The translations under genes and the position numbers were made by a program. 64,000 bases of DNA, from assembly GCA_010015585.1 (NCBI GenBank), contig ML975156.1, one strand, 5' to 3'. Shown one piece after another: positions 1-13,661 of this stretch. How positions within the stretch are numbered: position 1 is the stretch's first letter; the number at the start of each line of letters is the position of its first letter. Source of the stretch: Eremomyces bilateralis CBS 781.70 (Eukaryota). The notes under the pieces are model-generated. The model searched no databases and was not told the origin of the DNA. It saw nothing but the letters and a program-made list of their open reading frames with translations.

Positions 1-752
1 GACCCACTGCAGTGTCACTACTCCTTGATGGAACCCAATGGAAAACATCTCTAAGATTTAGTGTAACCTGCGAGGACTCGATAGTTGCGTACAACATCAG
101 AATGCCGCCAGCTAGTGCCAGATCTCCGTCACCGGACTGGCCGTCTCACTACGTTCGGGACCTTTGTACAACCGTGATCTACACAGGTCCTCGAATGAAC
201 TCCATTTAGCAGTCCGTTTTATAGATTCATGGTACTGGTGTCCGGTCACTAGAAGCTGTACCTGTACGATAAAGCTAAATTAGCCTATGATACGCGAGAA
301 TTGCCGACTTCACCGTCGTGGATTCCCCTGATTGGTACGAATTCAGCCCCTAGGAGTCCTTCTCATGCAATTTCTCGGAATATTGAACGTTCAAGTCGGG
401 TGGAGGACTTGACTGTTGCATTTTAATGACGACTACAACATGCTTCAGACTATGACAGCGTCGTGGCTATTCGGAGACTTCCCACAGCTGCGGATCGCTA
501 AAGATAACTAGCGTGGCAAGCCACCTCTCAACATCGGCTTCCAGAGATATTGGTAGAAGGGTAGATATCGTTATCGTTAATCCCAGCGCTGATCTCCGTT
601 GCTTTGCCTCCTGATATGGTGTTGGATATTGAACAGAGATGCCCACGGTGAGTGAAGGGTCAATATAAAGACATCATGGCAGCGTGATTGCAACTTGAGT
701 AGACATTCGCATCCTCTTTCCTTTCCATATCGTTAGCAGAACACTCGCTTTC

Positions 753-2282
753 ATGATGAAGGTTTCTCAGTCGATTCTGTCGTTAAGTTTGGTTCTTTTT
801 GGCCTAGGGACAGTGGCCGCACCTCAGGGCGTTTCGATTGCCCTTGCTATTCCATCAGGTACTCCAACGCCTTCCCTCGAATTCGTGGAAGCCACGAAAG
901 AGGAGCCGGAGACTAAGGAAGACGGAATATCATCAAATTCGAGTTCTTTGGGCAGCCCGCCGCCGGTACTGGAAATCGCTTTCTCGAAGTTGAAGAACAT
1001 TTACAGGAGATATATCGCCGATGAGCTAGTGGACAGAGGATGGTCTAAGAAATGCAATTTTGGGAAAGTGATGGTGAGAAAGGAATGGTTAGTCGACTGC
1101 AATTGAACTCAGCGAAGCGCCAGATAAAGGGGCTAACAGACCCAGGGGTACTATGTCCCAATCCCAAAGGAAAAAGTATACCGACGCCGTCAAATGTCTT
1201 TACAACAGGCCGTCGCAGTCCGACCCTGTTCTGGTTCCCGGCGCGCGCAACCGTCTCGACGATTTCGTCGCTACCCATCTCACCTTCAGCAACAACATCC
1301 ACTTCAATGGCTACGTCTTCGCCTGGCATCGGCACTTCACCTATCTCTACGATCAAGAACTCCGCAACGAATGCGGTTACAGCGGGCCGACCCCATACTG
1401 GGACTGGGTGATTGACAACGCTGACCCACGTCGGTCCACTGTATTCGACGGCAGCGAGTTCAGCATGGGCGGCAATGGAGAGACTATCCCGCATGGTAAT
1501 ACAAGTATTAATGCATTTGGAATCACATTGAGCCTCCCACCAGGCACTGGAGGTGGCTGTGTCACAGAAGGCCCGTTCACGGATCTGGTTATCAATCTAG
1601 GACTTTCGCCGAATGTGAGCGCGCCAGACCAGAACCAGACCGCTCCACCTGATGTAACATCCCATTATTTGGCACCGTTTGCGGATGCATTCAAAGGAGA
1701 CACCACTGCGGCGGTCCAAAAGAGACAGAATGACGTACCCCCGGAGATCCTGCAGGGATTGAATTATAACCCACGATGCATGACGCGCGACATAAACCTG
1801 CAATGGGCAGCGCTGGCCACAACCACAGCACTGGCCCGTATCCTGTCCTGCGGCAATGTCAGATGTCTGGAGCAGCGGATTGATGGGTGGGAGGAAGGCG
1901 CTAGTGACGAACAACAGGCGAGAGACCAACTCCACGGAGGAGGCCATTTCACGATCGGCGGTTTGAACAACGATCCGTTCGCGAGCCCGGGCGATCCGGT
2001 GTTTTTCCTGCACCATGCCAATCTCGATCGTCTGTGGACAATTTGGCAAAGTCAGAATCCGACCGCCAGACTGTATGAGGTTGGAGGGACACGGACACCT
2101 TTCAACAGTAAGTGATTTTCTTCGATATAAGGCGGAAGGATAATAGACTGACTTAAACAGATCCTCCGAGTGATAACGTCAGGGAGACTGATGTGCTGAG
2201 GTACGGGGTTGTAGGGAAAGATATCATCATGCGTGATGTTGGGTCTACGCTGGACGGCCCGTATTGTTATGTCTATGCTTAA
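753..2282 (+). CDS. Secreted tyrosinase-like di-copper protein (3 exons: 753-1087, 1146-2107, 2161-2282)
   Basis: N-terminal signal peptide; VRKEW..YTDAVKCL motif across intron 1; CuA region (H..IHFNGYVFAWHR); CuB region (LHGGGH..DPVFFLHHANLDRLW); GT-AG introns with branch sites restore the frame and give the C-terminus CYVYA; TATAAA at 664-669. Confidence 0.9.
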
Positions 2283-3656
2283 GCTGCATTTCATGAGTCG
2301 GTGCTCTTTCGCATTCATTGACCTGCCTGGGGAATGTGGCTATGTCGACCGACCGTGTCTTATTGGTACTAGAGGGTCTGTTTGGTGATGAAGAGAGAAT
2401 ATGGATTTCGTTTGAAGTGTAATGGGAAGCAGTTGAGAGGGGGTCCGACGAGGAAAGGGTTTTTCGGTTAATAGAAAACACGCTCCTTTAACTCTTTGGT
2501 ATGCCAATGTCACTCGTTGAAGCCGACTCTGGATATTATAGTGACTTGTATGCATGCCGATAAAGTAATATGTTATACTTCACCAGTGGCTGTAAGCTGG
2601 CAGAACGTAACTAGGCGTGAGGCCGAAGAGCACCAATACTCCTCTTTTCTTGGCGGAAGGTCTGCGGTACGAAACCACGAGACATAGCGAGTTCAAGAAC
2701 CATTCGCGAGGGGTTCGCAGGTTGGAGGTTTACGCCCACAGGCCGCACAGGGAGTGAACCATGGACTTAGGCGTCCACCGGGAAATTTCCCAAGCAGCTG
2801 GCATCGCTGAACCCACGGTGGCATTTTCGGGTCGGTTTCGGGATCGGCTGGTCGAAGGGATTCTCGGACTGTATGAGTGGTAGTTTCGGACCGGGCCGCG
2901 TTTATGGGTACTGTACTGCCGGAAAGCGGCTCCGGCCCCCTGTTGACTTCTGCTGCACCTCCAGAAACTGATTTTAAACCGCAATAGAGTAAGAAATCAT
3001 CAAATATCTAATTGTTACGGCATACCGAAGACCTGCCATTATCATAACTATCGTCTTCAAAAGCTGGCCATCCTTTACAGCCGGATTCGTGTGAGGATGA
3101 CCACTACACTCTCTGCTTCAAGATGCCGGGATTCGATCTTGCGGCGTCAAGCCAAGTCCAAGTTTAGTAAACGGCAAGACGGTGTGTTGTCATATAGAGG
3201 CCCTATGCCTCAGATATTCGGAATTGATATACAGATCTCTTCCAACCCACGCTGTTCTTTGTGGCATCGGGATGAATCGGGCCGGCCCCGAGCGCAATCA
3301 CAGGACTCCCGAGTATACAGCAACGGTTTCTACTTCGCAGTTCGCGCTTTCTGAATCAAGTCTTCCAGTAATGACGCTTCTTCTTTATCCCCCTACATGC
3401 AACCACGCTCAGCCGCTCTTCCTTAAGTAATCTGTCGAAGTCCTGTTTACTACCCTCCGGTGTAGTTGGGAAAGTAAGTATCTGTATCCTCAAGCCGAAA
3501 GACTCCAGGTCAGCAGATATTATTCCAGCCTGACGATTCGAAAATTGCGCCTGTGCAGTCAATCTACAATCGTTTTAGACTTGATTCTATCACTAAATAT
3601 CCTATTCTGCTCATCTCACAGCCCAGTTCGAAGCAAGTCGCTGGGCCGCTGGCAAG

Positions 3657-4663
3657 ATGTATCAAGAGTAAGCCATAATACGATGAAGGAAACCATGAAT
3701 ACATAGAGACTTACTTGAAATGCCACCAGGATCTTTGCATCGGATCCCTTCACCTTCATTGTTGGCAAAGAGCAGAAGAGAGTCATCGCTCACGCCGAGG
3801 CGATTGCACGACTGTCGCGGCCACTTGGGCAGCTCATCCGTGGACCTATGAAGGAGGGCCAAGCGAAATGTGCACAGCTGGAAGACATTCAACCAGAGGA
3901 TTTCATCCGGTTTTGCCAGTTTGCGTATACTGGTGACTATGCCCCAGCTCGACCTGCTCGCAAGGATTCGGAGCCGAAACCTAAAGGGGATGAGAACGCA
4001 CCAGATACAAAGCCATCTGGGTCCGGCGAAAGGGCAGCCAGCCCGGAGATGTCAGATTCGGCCAGTTTGATTTCCGTCACGTCAGTCTCGGTCTCAGGGT
4101 TGCAAGGGTCCGAAGCGATGTTTGGGATCGGTATCAACTTGGACGAGGAGAAGAAGAAGACCGATGCGTGGTTGCTCAAAGGTAGTCAGGGGAAGGACCC
4201 GGTAGATTCGAAGTTGGAGGAATTACGCGAACGGTTCGGCCTGACTGTGTTCAAGGCGAATAGGGCAAAGAACGCGTTGAAGAGGCTTTGCCGGCCCTTC
4301 GGCAACAAGAATCCAGATGAGGATTTCGCGCCGGTTTTGCTCTGCCACGCTCAGCTGTACGTCTTCGGAGACAAATATGACATCAAAAACCTCCGCTGGT
4401 TGGCCCTTGAGAAACTGCGGGCGACGCTCGTGTCCTTCCAGCTGCACGAACAGCGCGTTCAAGATGTTGTGCAGTTAGTCCGATACGCCTATGGGAACAC
4501 GGCAGCGTGTCCGATGGAGCCGTTGCGGGACATGCTGGCGCAGTACTTAGCAGGGAGGATCAAGGTCATTGGCTCGAATGAAGCCTTCCATGTGCTACTA
4601 AAAGAAGGGGGCGAATTCGTCACAGACTTTTGGGGACAGATACTTGCCCAGGTACTCTCGTGA
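3657..4663 (+). CDS. BTB/POZ domain protein (micro-exon 3657-3667, exon 3730-4663)
   Basis: Spliced N-terminus MYQEIFASDPFTFIVGKEQKRVIAH; PMKEG..EDFIRFCQFAYTGDY; LLCHAQLYVFGDKYDI..LALEKL. This is the typical fungal BTB pattern. The start is tentative. Confidence 0.82.
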
Positions 4664-5172
4664 TTAGGTGGATAAACTCTCATTCCCAGATGGGTTGGTT
4701 ACTACGGATTTGGCTTGCTCTAGTTCGGTGTCTGGCAGCTATGGATATTATTCACCCTCATTTTCGGCACGGATGTTAGATCGTGGTAGACGGTTAACGG
4801 GGCATGCCAAAGTCAGGTTTTAATTTTGCAGAGGAACTTACATCTCCGGGACATTCCATTCCTTCATATCACTATAGCATGAAAAAATGAAAACCACTCA
4901 TGGCCTGCACTACTGATTTGAGTGATATAAATAAGACTGGTTTCCATATACGGCCAAGTCTACAAGCGGCACAAATACACTTGGAATTGGAAAGATTGTA
5001 CAGCTGAGTACCTAGAATGACAAGTGGAAGCAGGAATCATGATCTCCAGTCTGTGATCAGGGCGTTTGAATAACATATACACATGTGTGAGTACATAGTG
5101 AATCAACACTGAATTATGTAGAGTCGGTTAAAGTCAGATTGAAGCATTTCTTTTTCGTACTAACTACACAAT

Positions 5173-7298
5173 TTATTTATCTATAAGTGTAACTCGCATC
5201 GATTTCATCCTCTTCAGCGGTCTTGGCCCAATGATATCATCTTCTCCCCAGCTCACTTTACCTTCTTTAAGACTTTTATTCGGTTCATCCTCTACACCAT
5301 CCTGCTCGGACTTCACGATCTTACATAATAACCATGCGTCCCATACAGGAAATACACCCGTTCCTGGCACAGGCTCTGCATTATACCGCGTCAGTCCTAC
5401 AATAAATACCACAAGGCAAAGCACTAGTGCCGTCCCACACATCAACGCGAATGCAATCAATGTACTCCGACCGACTTCGATCTGCCATCCAATAGCCGCA
5501 ATCGCGACATCCGTGTCCGGCGGCGCGATCGCCAGAAGGTCTGCCGCAAATTGTTGAATCTCCGGCGTGATTCCTGCGGATGACGCCCCACTTTCTTCTT
5601 CGCCGATATGTGATAAACCCCGTGCATAAGGAGAGGGTTGAGAGTAGTACAAGATGACTGCCAGGAGCGACTGGATGGTCTCGGCTCCGCGGGTGGCCAT
5701 GGCCGGGTCGCTGTGGAGGGTGGTGACACCCTTAAGCCAGGACCAGACGAAGGCGGGGTAAACATAAAGGCTGAAGAGGTTGTTCGACTCGCTCGAATCG
5801 CCCGTGTGTGCGGTCGTACCTGTGGGCGAGAGTGGATTGTCGATTGGCCCGAAGAACAGGGAAATGAGATCCGTGAGCTCCCTGAAATTGCCACAGGCAA
5901 GACTAAGGCCGGTGAGCATTCCATTAGCGTCCACGGGTATGGGTGATGCGTTAGAAGTAAACGTGTGAGAAAGGATGCTGCCATTTTGGCGGGAGTAGGC
6001 GACGTCGGCACGGCGGAAAGAGGTTTGTAGCTTGGCAGACCAGCCGAGATTGGTGTACCAGGACGTCACGCTTTCGTTTCGGCACTGGTTTGGACTTGAT
6101 ACGGAAGTTGGGCAGTGAACGATGCCTAGCAGCAATTAGCAGAGTCAACGGACGTCCCCATTTCAAGGAAGACCTTACGCGCTCGCACTGTACTCGCATT
6201 CTCGTTTGCGATGCATAGATGGAACGCCGCAAATGGGAAGCCATATACTTGGCATTCATCAGCCTCGAACGTCCAGGTCGGTTCGCCTTCTGTGTATTCC
6301 AAAACATAGCCTTGCTGGTTCATCGCGAGCAGCGCACCGCTTCTCTGGTCTCCCTTGATACCACTAAAGGCATATTCCACGCCGCCCGGTAGGTAGTAGA
6401 CCCTTCGACATCTTGTGGCAGTCCGGAAGTCTGGATTTTGGGCGCAGTCCGTCAGACGTTGCGTTCGAGGTGTGATATCTACTGATCGAGCAGGATCACC
6501 GACGAACATCACGGAGAGACTGACTTGGTCGGAGATCAAAGAGACATTGTTGGCGAGGGTGGCATTGAAGGGCAGGACGCCCCAACCTTTGAATGGAACC
6601 GCTCCCTTCAGAGGAGCAAAAGCAAGTTTGGTATTTATGTCACCTTGATGACTCAGTGTCTGAGTATGTTTGCATCTGGAGGAGAAGCTAGACTTACTCA
6701 TAATAACTATGCCAGATATTGGTACTAACAGCATCAGCATCAGTCTCCCCAAGCTCATCACTCGGGTGAGAATTCGGACTGAACGCCATCCGCCAAAGGA
6801 GAGGTGTAAAAGACCGAGCACGCCGGTGGATGCATGCAAGCTCAGATATTCCGGGAGCATTATCCCTCCATCAGCAGACAGTATCATCCACATCAGTCTC
6901 TCCAGTGCGATAGATACAGTCACAGCTAGAGACACACCCGTGAGGCCTGATAGAACGGAGAGGACAAAGATCGTATTGCTAGAGGATGAGTATAGTAGGG
7001 GTAGGTTCAGTGAAGGCGACTTCTCAGTCGAATAGATAATCGTGAGCAGAAAGAGTATTGTCGTCATTACAAGCGAAATAGCCGCAATAGCTATTTGCCG
7101 TATCGGATGTTGCTTGTGCACGATGGTAGATCTGGATGATGAAACATCGTCAACGCTTGTGGCTCCTCCGGCATAGGGCTCATATGCCGTTTTGGTCGAG
7201 TCCTGGAACGACACTGCATCGACCGGTTTGCCGGCTCCCGGCAGGAAAGGATCGTAAAGATCAAGATTGATCTCGCGATGTTGAAAGAAGTTGTCCAT
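5173..7298 (-). CDS. Multi-pass fungal membrane protein of unknown function (introns 6644-6697 and 6126-6178)
   Basis: ORFs 6126-7376 and 5173-6135 join through GTAAG..CTAAT..TAG. Several hydrophobic helices at the N-terminus and one near the C-terminus flank a Cys-containing luminal region. The start could be 7376. Confidence 0.7.
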
Positions 7299-8025
7299 TG
7301 TGACTCCGCGCTTGAATACAAATGTACAGAAAATGAGTAGAACCAGTGGCGTCAAATATAGAATTATACAGAGCATGAGCTGACCCCGCGACGAGAAAGC
7401 CGATGTTAAGGGGCCAGTATATGCGCCATATTATGCCATCCCCCATCCAGGGCCAAGTCCCACCTACCTTGCCATAATTCAGCCTCGAATAATGCCGAGG
7501 GATCCGAGTGGTATTCTTCCATGCCAAAGTCGATCGCCAGGTCGTCTACATGTGGGCAGTGCTCTTAGATTGCAGGGAAGCAATCGATGCCAATCAATCG
7601 AGCAAGCCGTGAGTACAGTTCCAAGATCTATTCCGGGACACCCTGGGCTGCATTGCATACAAATGAATGGTTGAGTAACACGGTCAAATAACCCTCCGAT
7701 GATCAGTATACATCATGAAAGGTGCCGTAATAAGGTTACATCCACAGCATGCAGCCCTACAGCGATCGAAATATCAAATATGTCGATATGAGAGGATCAT
7801 GCCTGAGGCAGTAAGGCAACCCATATGTCGCTGACCAGACTGACAAGCCAGACGCTAGTCTGATGCATGAGTCCATTCTCCTCAGGTTCCAGGGGATTAT
7901 GCGGAACGGTATGCTGGTTTCTTTCTTCCCGAGAAACCCGTAATCAAAATCGCCCCATCCAATGTCTCCATGAACAATACGTCCAATAAATCTTGAGCCA
8001 TGGACACGACTGTCAATCAATCGCA

Positions 8026-10587
8026 CTACACAATCTCCAAGTCATCATCGTCGTCAACGTTCGTGCCTGGCACCCCCAGACTCTCCCGTCCAGGTATCCG
8101 TATGCCCTTCGTCTCCAACAAAAACCGCGCCCGCTTCCTCGGTGACATCTCTTCATTGCGAGGGCCGCTATCAGGCTTTGCTTTGCTCGGTGGCTTCGGT
8201 CGCGACGTATCCAACCAGTCGCTCTTTTTCGCCCCGCCCCAGCCCATCGGCTCCGATCCGTCTGCCCGCTTCCGCTTCCCGCGCCCAGGACTGAGCCGGA
8301 TTTCGCTCGCTTTGTTGCCGAGTAGACCAAGGGCTTCCGCATCGGCGCCACCGGTATTATCTAAGGGTTCTTTCTCCCCATTGCCTACCATGGCCTCCCC
8401 GCCATCAGTGGATTCCGCTCCAGGTTCCCGCATTCGCAAGTACTGACTCCCCATCCCGGCGCCTAACTTCCCTAAACTCGACGCGAGGGCTCTTTCTTTG
8501 TCGCGCGCTACCTTTCGCTTCTTCGCCAGTTCCTCTCGGGACGGCCCTCGTTCATTGTAGGACGTAAGAGTGCCGATGAATGGATCCTCGAAAACGCTTC
8601 TGTTTTCCTCCGGTTTCTTTCTTCCACCGCGTGGAGGACCAGAGTTTCTGGAACCCATTCCCGGTGCCATGTAGAGCGTGGTGCCCGTACTTCGGTCATG
8701 GACCTTGCTGCCGGGGAGTAGCCCGGTGTTCCTGGATTGCCCGGATCCGAACGTGCTTTTGGAGGCGCCGAACATGCCTCTGCCAGCGCCGCCCCCACCG
8801 CCACCGGAAGAACCAAAATGGGGCGTGCGTCCCATGCCATTGATCTCCATTCTGCCGCGCCGCGCTTTGTCGACTTGTAAGTTGATATGGTATTCACAGA
8901 ACTGCGTCTTCCGCTTGTCGATCCAGCTACCGCAAAGTTGGCCGTCACTTTTCCGGGACTCGCACCAGCCGAGATCGCGGGAGGTACCTATCTCGACGAC
9001 GGTGTCTTCATTCCCGGCAAGCTTGAGACTGAATGCGTTCGTGTCTTTCCGATGGGGCAGCGGAGGGAGGATATCAGGATTGAGGATCGCGATCACGGTG
9101 CCTGGTGTGAGCTTCCACAATTTGTTGAACGCCGCACCAAATAAATAGAGGTCGATCTCCCATTTGAGATCACAGAGGTTCAGCACCATGAATTTGTTCC
9201 GGCCAGCGCCTTCACCGTCACCTTCGCCATGGCCATTTGTGCTGTTGTTTGCTAGGGCACCAACGCTGACGCCTCCACGCTTCTTGTGGTCCTGTGGGGT
9301 GGACTTTTTTGCAAGGACGGCGAGCACGACATAGGAATCGTTTGGGCAATCTGGTGGGTCGAAATCTGGGCCCTTAACGGTGGCAAGGAGTTGCGGAATC
9401 GTGAAGGTTGAGTGCGGTGTGAGGAGCCGTTGGACGGTTGCATGCGGTGTGACGCGCTTGGTCAAGTGGAGAGATGTGAAGGGATCGAATGTTGAGATCT
9501 CCTCGCTCGACCCTGATTCAGATGCTGCATTTGCATGGATATTATCTTGTTGTGTTCGCCCTGGCGCCGTCATGGAAGGTGTTGGTGCAGCCGGTGCATG
9601 GCCTTCCGGTCGTCCTCGCTCAAATGACGAAGCGGGCGTTGGCAAGTCTCGGAACCCTGATGTTGTGGACACTCTTTCATGCTGACTATTTGCGGTTAAT
9701 GTCGATGATTGAGACCGTAAACTGGCTTCCTTATCCCCGACCTCATCCATAAGCTGCTTCAAACCAAACCCCTGGCTCCTAGCCCTCTCAAAACGTGCTT
9801 CTCGATCTTCCTTGGTTTTCTCCTGACGACGGACTTCCGCTATTCTCTCACTGAAAGACTTCGGTCGTTCTTGGGTCGATGAAGCTGTATTTCCGGTGAT
9901 AGATCTGCTCCTAGAGATCCCATGCTTGTCGGAAGACCTGGGTATTGTACCACCGAACTTGGAGCTTGCTGCTCGCTTCAATGATACATCTTCTGCGCGT
10001 AGTCCTTTATCAATTCCAAGCCGTCGGGCTGGAGAGGCAGCTTCCACTGGAGTCTGTTCCTTCTTCACTGGCGACAATGGAACTTGGACGAAAGATCTAG
10101 AAGAGGTTGATCTTGAGTCTGTAACGAGGCTCGATCCAGCTGATATAGAAGAAGGATCTCGGTGTAGTCCAGTAACCGTACTTGGTCGCGAGGATGTTCT
10201 TGATATTGACCTATCATCACTACTTTGTGACGCCGCTTCCCGTTTTTTCGCTCTTGCGGCTTGTAATCTCTTCAACTTCAGCTTGGCTTCGATGGCTTGA
10301 AGTTTCAACTGCAGCGTCTCCTCATCTTCATCATCTTCATCCTCCAGATCGGCCTCTAGTTGGGCAATGGGTAACCGTTTCGTTGGGGAAGGGGAGGGGG
10401 AAACATTGAAGCGCTCGCGAGCTTCCTCGATCCTCTTCCGACCTCGCGGGGAGCTCTGGAGAGCTTCGAAAGGCGATTTGGGTGGCCATTTCGCTGGACT
10501 CGCATCGGCTAGTAGTCGTCAGACTATGTACCTGGAAGAATGGTGAGGAGACATACCTTTCGGCCTGTTTGATTCCCTGACAATCAT
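8026..10587 (-). CDS. MCM10: DNA replication factor Mcm10
   Basis: OB-fold region (KFMVLNLCDLKWEIDLYLFG..KLTPGTVIAILNP) followed by a CCCH zinc finger (LGWC..GQLCGSWID..FCEYH). A short first exon MIVRESNRPK splices to WPPKSPFEALQSSP. Confidence 0.9.
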
Positions 10588-10803
10588 GACAACGGGGACA
10601 GTAGCGTGTATGGGCAAAGACAGCGCACCATCGCAGATGATGCTTCGTCAACATCAACAGCAGTCCCTCCCGAGCATCAGTGGCGTATGACTCTATCAAT
10701 CGTGCAAATTGTGGCTCTCATTGGTTTTGTATGAGATTACGGATACGGAGTACAGGTACTTAGATTGGAGTCGTGACAGGGGATTGTATTAGGTGAAATC
10801 CAG

Positions 10804-10847
10804 CCAATCAGCGACGGAGGAACGCGGCGCGTCAAATCGCGTCGCGT
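10804..10847. promoter_or_regulatory. CCAAT box plus four MCB-like CGCG cores in the MCM10/RNH202 bidirectional promoter
   Basis: CCAAT at 10804; CGCG at 10823, 10828, 10838 and 10843 (ACGCG, CGCGT, TCGCGT twice) within a 394-bp divergent intergenic region. Confidence 0.6.
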
Positions 10848-10981
10848 GCATCTTTTTGCGTCGAAGTTCAACATCAATGATCAATCTACGGATACTCGTC
10901 AATTACAACTAAGAGCACATGGTTTTGGAGTTTTGGATACTTGCATCTCGGAAAGATATTTTAGCCTAAAGAAGATTCATC

Positions 10982-12370
10982 ATGAAGACTAGATCGAAGC
11001 CCGCTACTCGCAAGGCGGCCGTTAAAGGGGATACAGAGACACAATCGACTGCGACGAAGGCATTATCACCACGCGATACCAATCCTCCACGAGTCTTAAT
11101 ATTGCCTAAAGGAGCGTCATCGCAATCAAGGATCATCTCTCTACCACATCCAGCCACTGCACAACCAAATCGATACCTTTGTTGTCCAGAGAATGGGTTT
11201 TTCGAGTTCACAAGAATAACAGCGCCGCGGAAAATACCTAGTAGTTGGCTTATCACACATGGTCAAGAGTCGGAAAGTAGCACTGCTGCTACAAGAGGAG
11301 CAGAGACTGTGGTGCCCGATCAAAATGGAAACTCGAGTGAAGAGAAAAAAGGGGATTGCATTGATGATCCCTCGGCCTACATTTCGCAAGATGCGGATTT
11401 GCTCATCGCAACACGATACGATCCCGTCTTCTTTCTCCTACCAACATTACATCCACTAACAACGAACGCTCAACAAAAGAATATGTTCCTGTCAGACGAA
11501 GACTACCTCGACCTACTGGAATCTACATCTCGGCAATGGAAGGATGTACTTCGAGATCCACCTACCAGAAGCAGAGTCTCTAAGACCATAGAAACGATCA
11601 GCGATATCGTTGAAGCAGGAGAAGAGAAAATGTACCGCTGCTCGGATCAGAAGATAATGGGGCTATTGGTCACGCGAGCGAAGAGCATGGTTGAGAAGGG
11701 CATTCCCGCGTCTATGGAAGATCGATTCGTTTCCCGGCCCCTCCAGGCGCCTTCCAGAAGGGTTCCGGTTCCGAGTCTCGAGAAACAGTCATCTTCCAGC
11801 TCGGAGGACAAAGAATCCGTTCCAACCCTCGAATCGCAAGCTTCAACGGTTGCCACGCCATCCGAGTCCGTCGACTCTCAGAGCACGGTTTCGACTTCAC
11901 AATCAGCTAGCACAGCTGCGACGTCCATCTTGTCCGAACAACCCGAGCCGCCAACACCGGCTGAGACGGAGACACCCGCATCAATTGTCCACCTGCAGCG
12001 CCTCCGTGTCGCTCTAGACCTTCTGCTGACAAACGTCCCACTTCCACTCTGTACACATTTGAACACCCAACTGTCCTCTCCTTCATCTCCGATCGACTTC
12101 GCCCCCCTCACCTCTTATCTCTCCCACGTCGCCTCGCTCCGTGCGGAGGTCGTAGCGCAATCGAGCTTCGCGGATAACGTGAGCCGCAAACGGGCGCTCG
12201 ACGACAATGAAGAGGCGGCGGATCGGCGAGCAGAAAAGAAGCGGAAGAGCGAGGACGAGGAGAAGAAGCGGAAGACGGAGAGCCGAGGAGTAAAACAGCT
12301 GCGGAAGGTGGATACGAGTGGCATGAAGAAGTTGACGGGGTTCTTCAAGAAGGCGCCGGCGAAGGGTTGA
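10982..12370 (+). CDS. RNH202: Ribonuclease H2 subunit B (Ydr279/Rnh202 family)
   Basis: LPHPAT..RYL..GFFEFT; ATRYDPVFFLLP; GIPASMEDRFV; C-terminal SRGVKQLRKVDTSGMKKLTGFFKK with PIP-box-like FF. Confidence 0.85.
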   Translation: MKTRSKPATRKAAVKGDTETQSTATKALSPRDTNPPRVLILPKGASSQSRIISLPHPATAQPNRYLCCPENGFFEFTRITAPRKIPSSWLITHGQESESSTAATRGAETVVPDQNGNSSEEKKGDCIDDPSAYISQDADLLIATRYDPVFFLLPTLHPLTTNAQQKNMFLSDEDYLDLLESTSRQWKDVLRDPPTRSRVSKTIETISDIVEAGEEKMYRCSDQKIMGLLVTRAKSMVEKGIPASMEDRFVSRPLQAPSRRVPVPSLEKQSSSSSEDKESVPTLESQASTVATPSESVDSQSTVSTSQSASTAATSILSEQPEPPTPAETETPASIVHLQRLRVALDLLLTNVPLPLCTHLNTQLSSPSSPIDFAPLTSYLSHVASLRAEVVAQSSFADNVSRKRALDDNEEAADRRAEKKRKSEDEEKKRKTESRGVKQLRKVDTSGMKKLTGFFKKAPAKG

Positions 12371-13661
12371 ACTCTGATCGTGATGCAAGCTGTTGGCTCA
12401 TGCGAAGCTTCTGATTGCATATGGACGAGGGAGATACCGCATCTTCTGTCAGTCGACGCAGGATCCGACACTAGCCAAACTACACGAATCACTGAAGACG
12501 AAACCACGGAAACAAGGCGTGACTGTCGCTTGGATTGTTCCAATCTATCAATCCTTATGCTACATTGTTCTGGAATGACCGGCTAATCCACATCTCCTCA
12601 ATAAGCCGTCACCATCCCGCGTCACGCCCACTCAATGAATGATGAAGCAGTTCCATTTACTAAAGCTCATCAATACCAATCGGTGCCGGAGTATGCAGTG
12701 AGCTCACCTTCGTGGGGTTGCAGGGAGTGCACTCGCAGGATGGGTCACAGTTTCCTTTGCCTCCTGGGCAAGAGGTGCAGCTGCTACAGGTCGCGTTAGT
12801 GATGGGTCCTGGTTTAGAGCCTGAAGCTTTGTGAAAGCTAGATCAAATGTTCATACCAATCGCCGGGCATTGGGACGGGTTGAATATGGATTCGGGTGTT
12901 TAAATTTCGATGATTGATGGACTGAAGGTTTGCTTCGAGCTGAGTTGGATGTTGATGACCATGAGAAGTCAATTTCCAGAGTTTATGGCATTTATATATC
13001 TTTCAGCTTCAGAAATCCATCATTTCGTCAGAACCACGACATGCTTGTTCTCATCGAGTCATCTGTTCAGCTTGCCTGTCCCTGGCGTTCCTTCTGACAT
13101 CAACACTTCCTGGACAAGCAATGATAAACCTGGGAATGCGCATCTTCCAAAAATCCGGTTTCTGGGTCCCAGACAGAAATGATGGGATGAATTGTTCCGT
13201 CGACCCCGCGGATCAAACAGGGTTAAGTCCCATGGTTTATACATCGCTCTGTTTGGTAATCGGAATTCGGAGCGGATACAAGATCGAGCCACTGGATCAC
13301 TCGAGCAGGGTGGATGGGCGATCATACGGACGATGCAATCCAAACATGCATCATTTATGAAAAGCAATCCGGATTTCGTTAGTAATGCGAGGATCCCATC
13401 TGACCACCTCCGTGTTCGTTTCAAGCCCTTCAAGGTCAAGATAAAACCAGTGGTCGCCTATTCGATCACGACGAGCAACAGGATATTGCACTCGCTCTCG
13501 GCTAGACAAGAATTAGAGCATTGAAAATTCCAAGGGGGTATATCCTTCCACCATTAACTCGCTCAACACTAGCTCCAAGCATCAGCAAACCAAAAATATA
13601 CAAGCCCTCTTTAAAAACTACTCGGGAATACGCCCTTAAACTGACAACTAACGTCTCAGCA

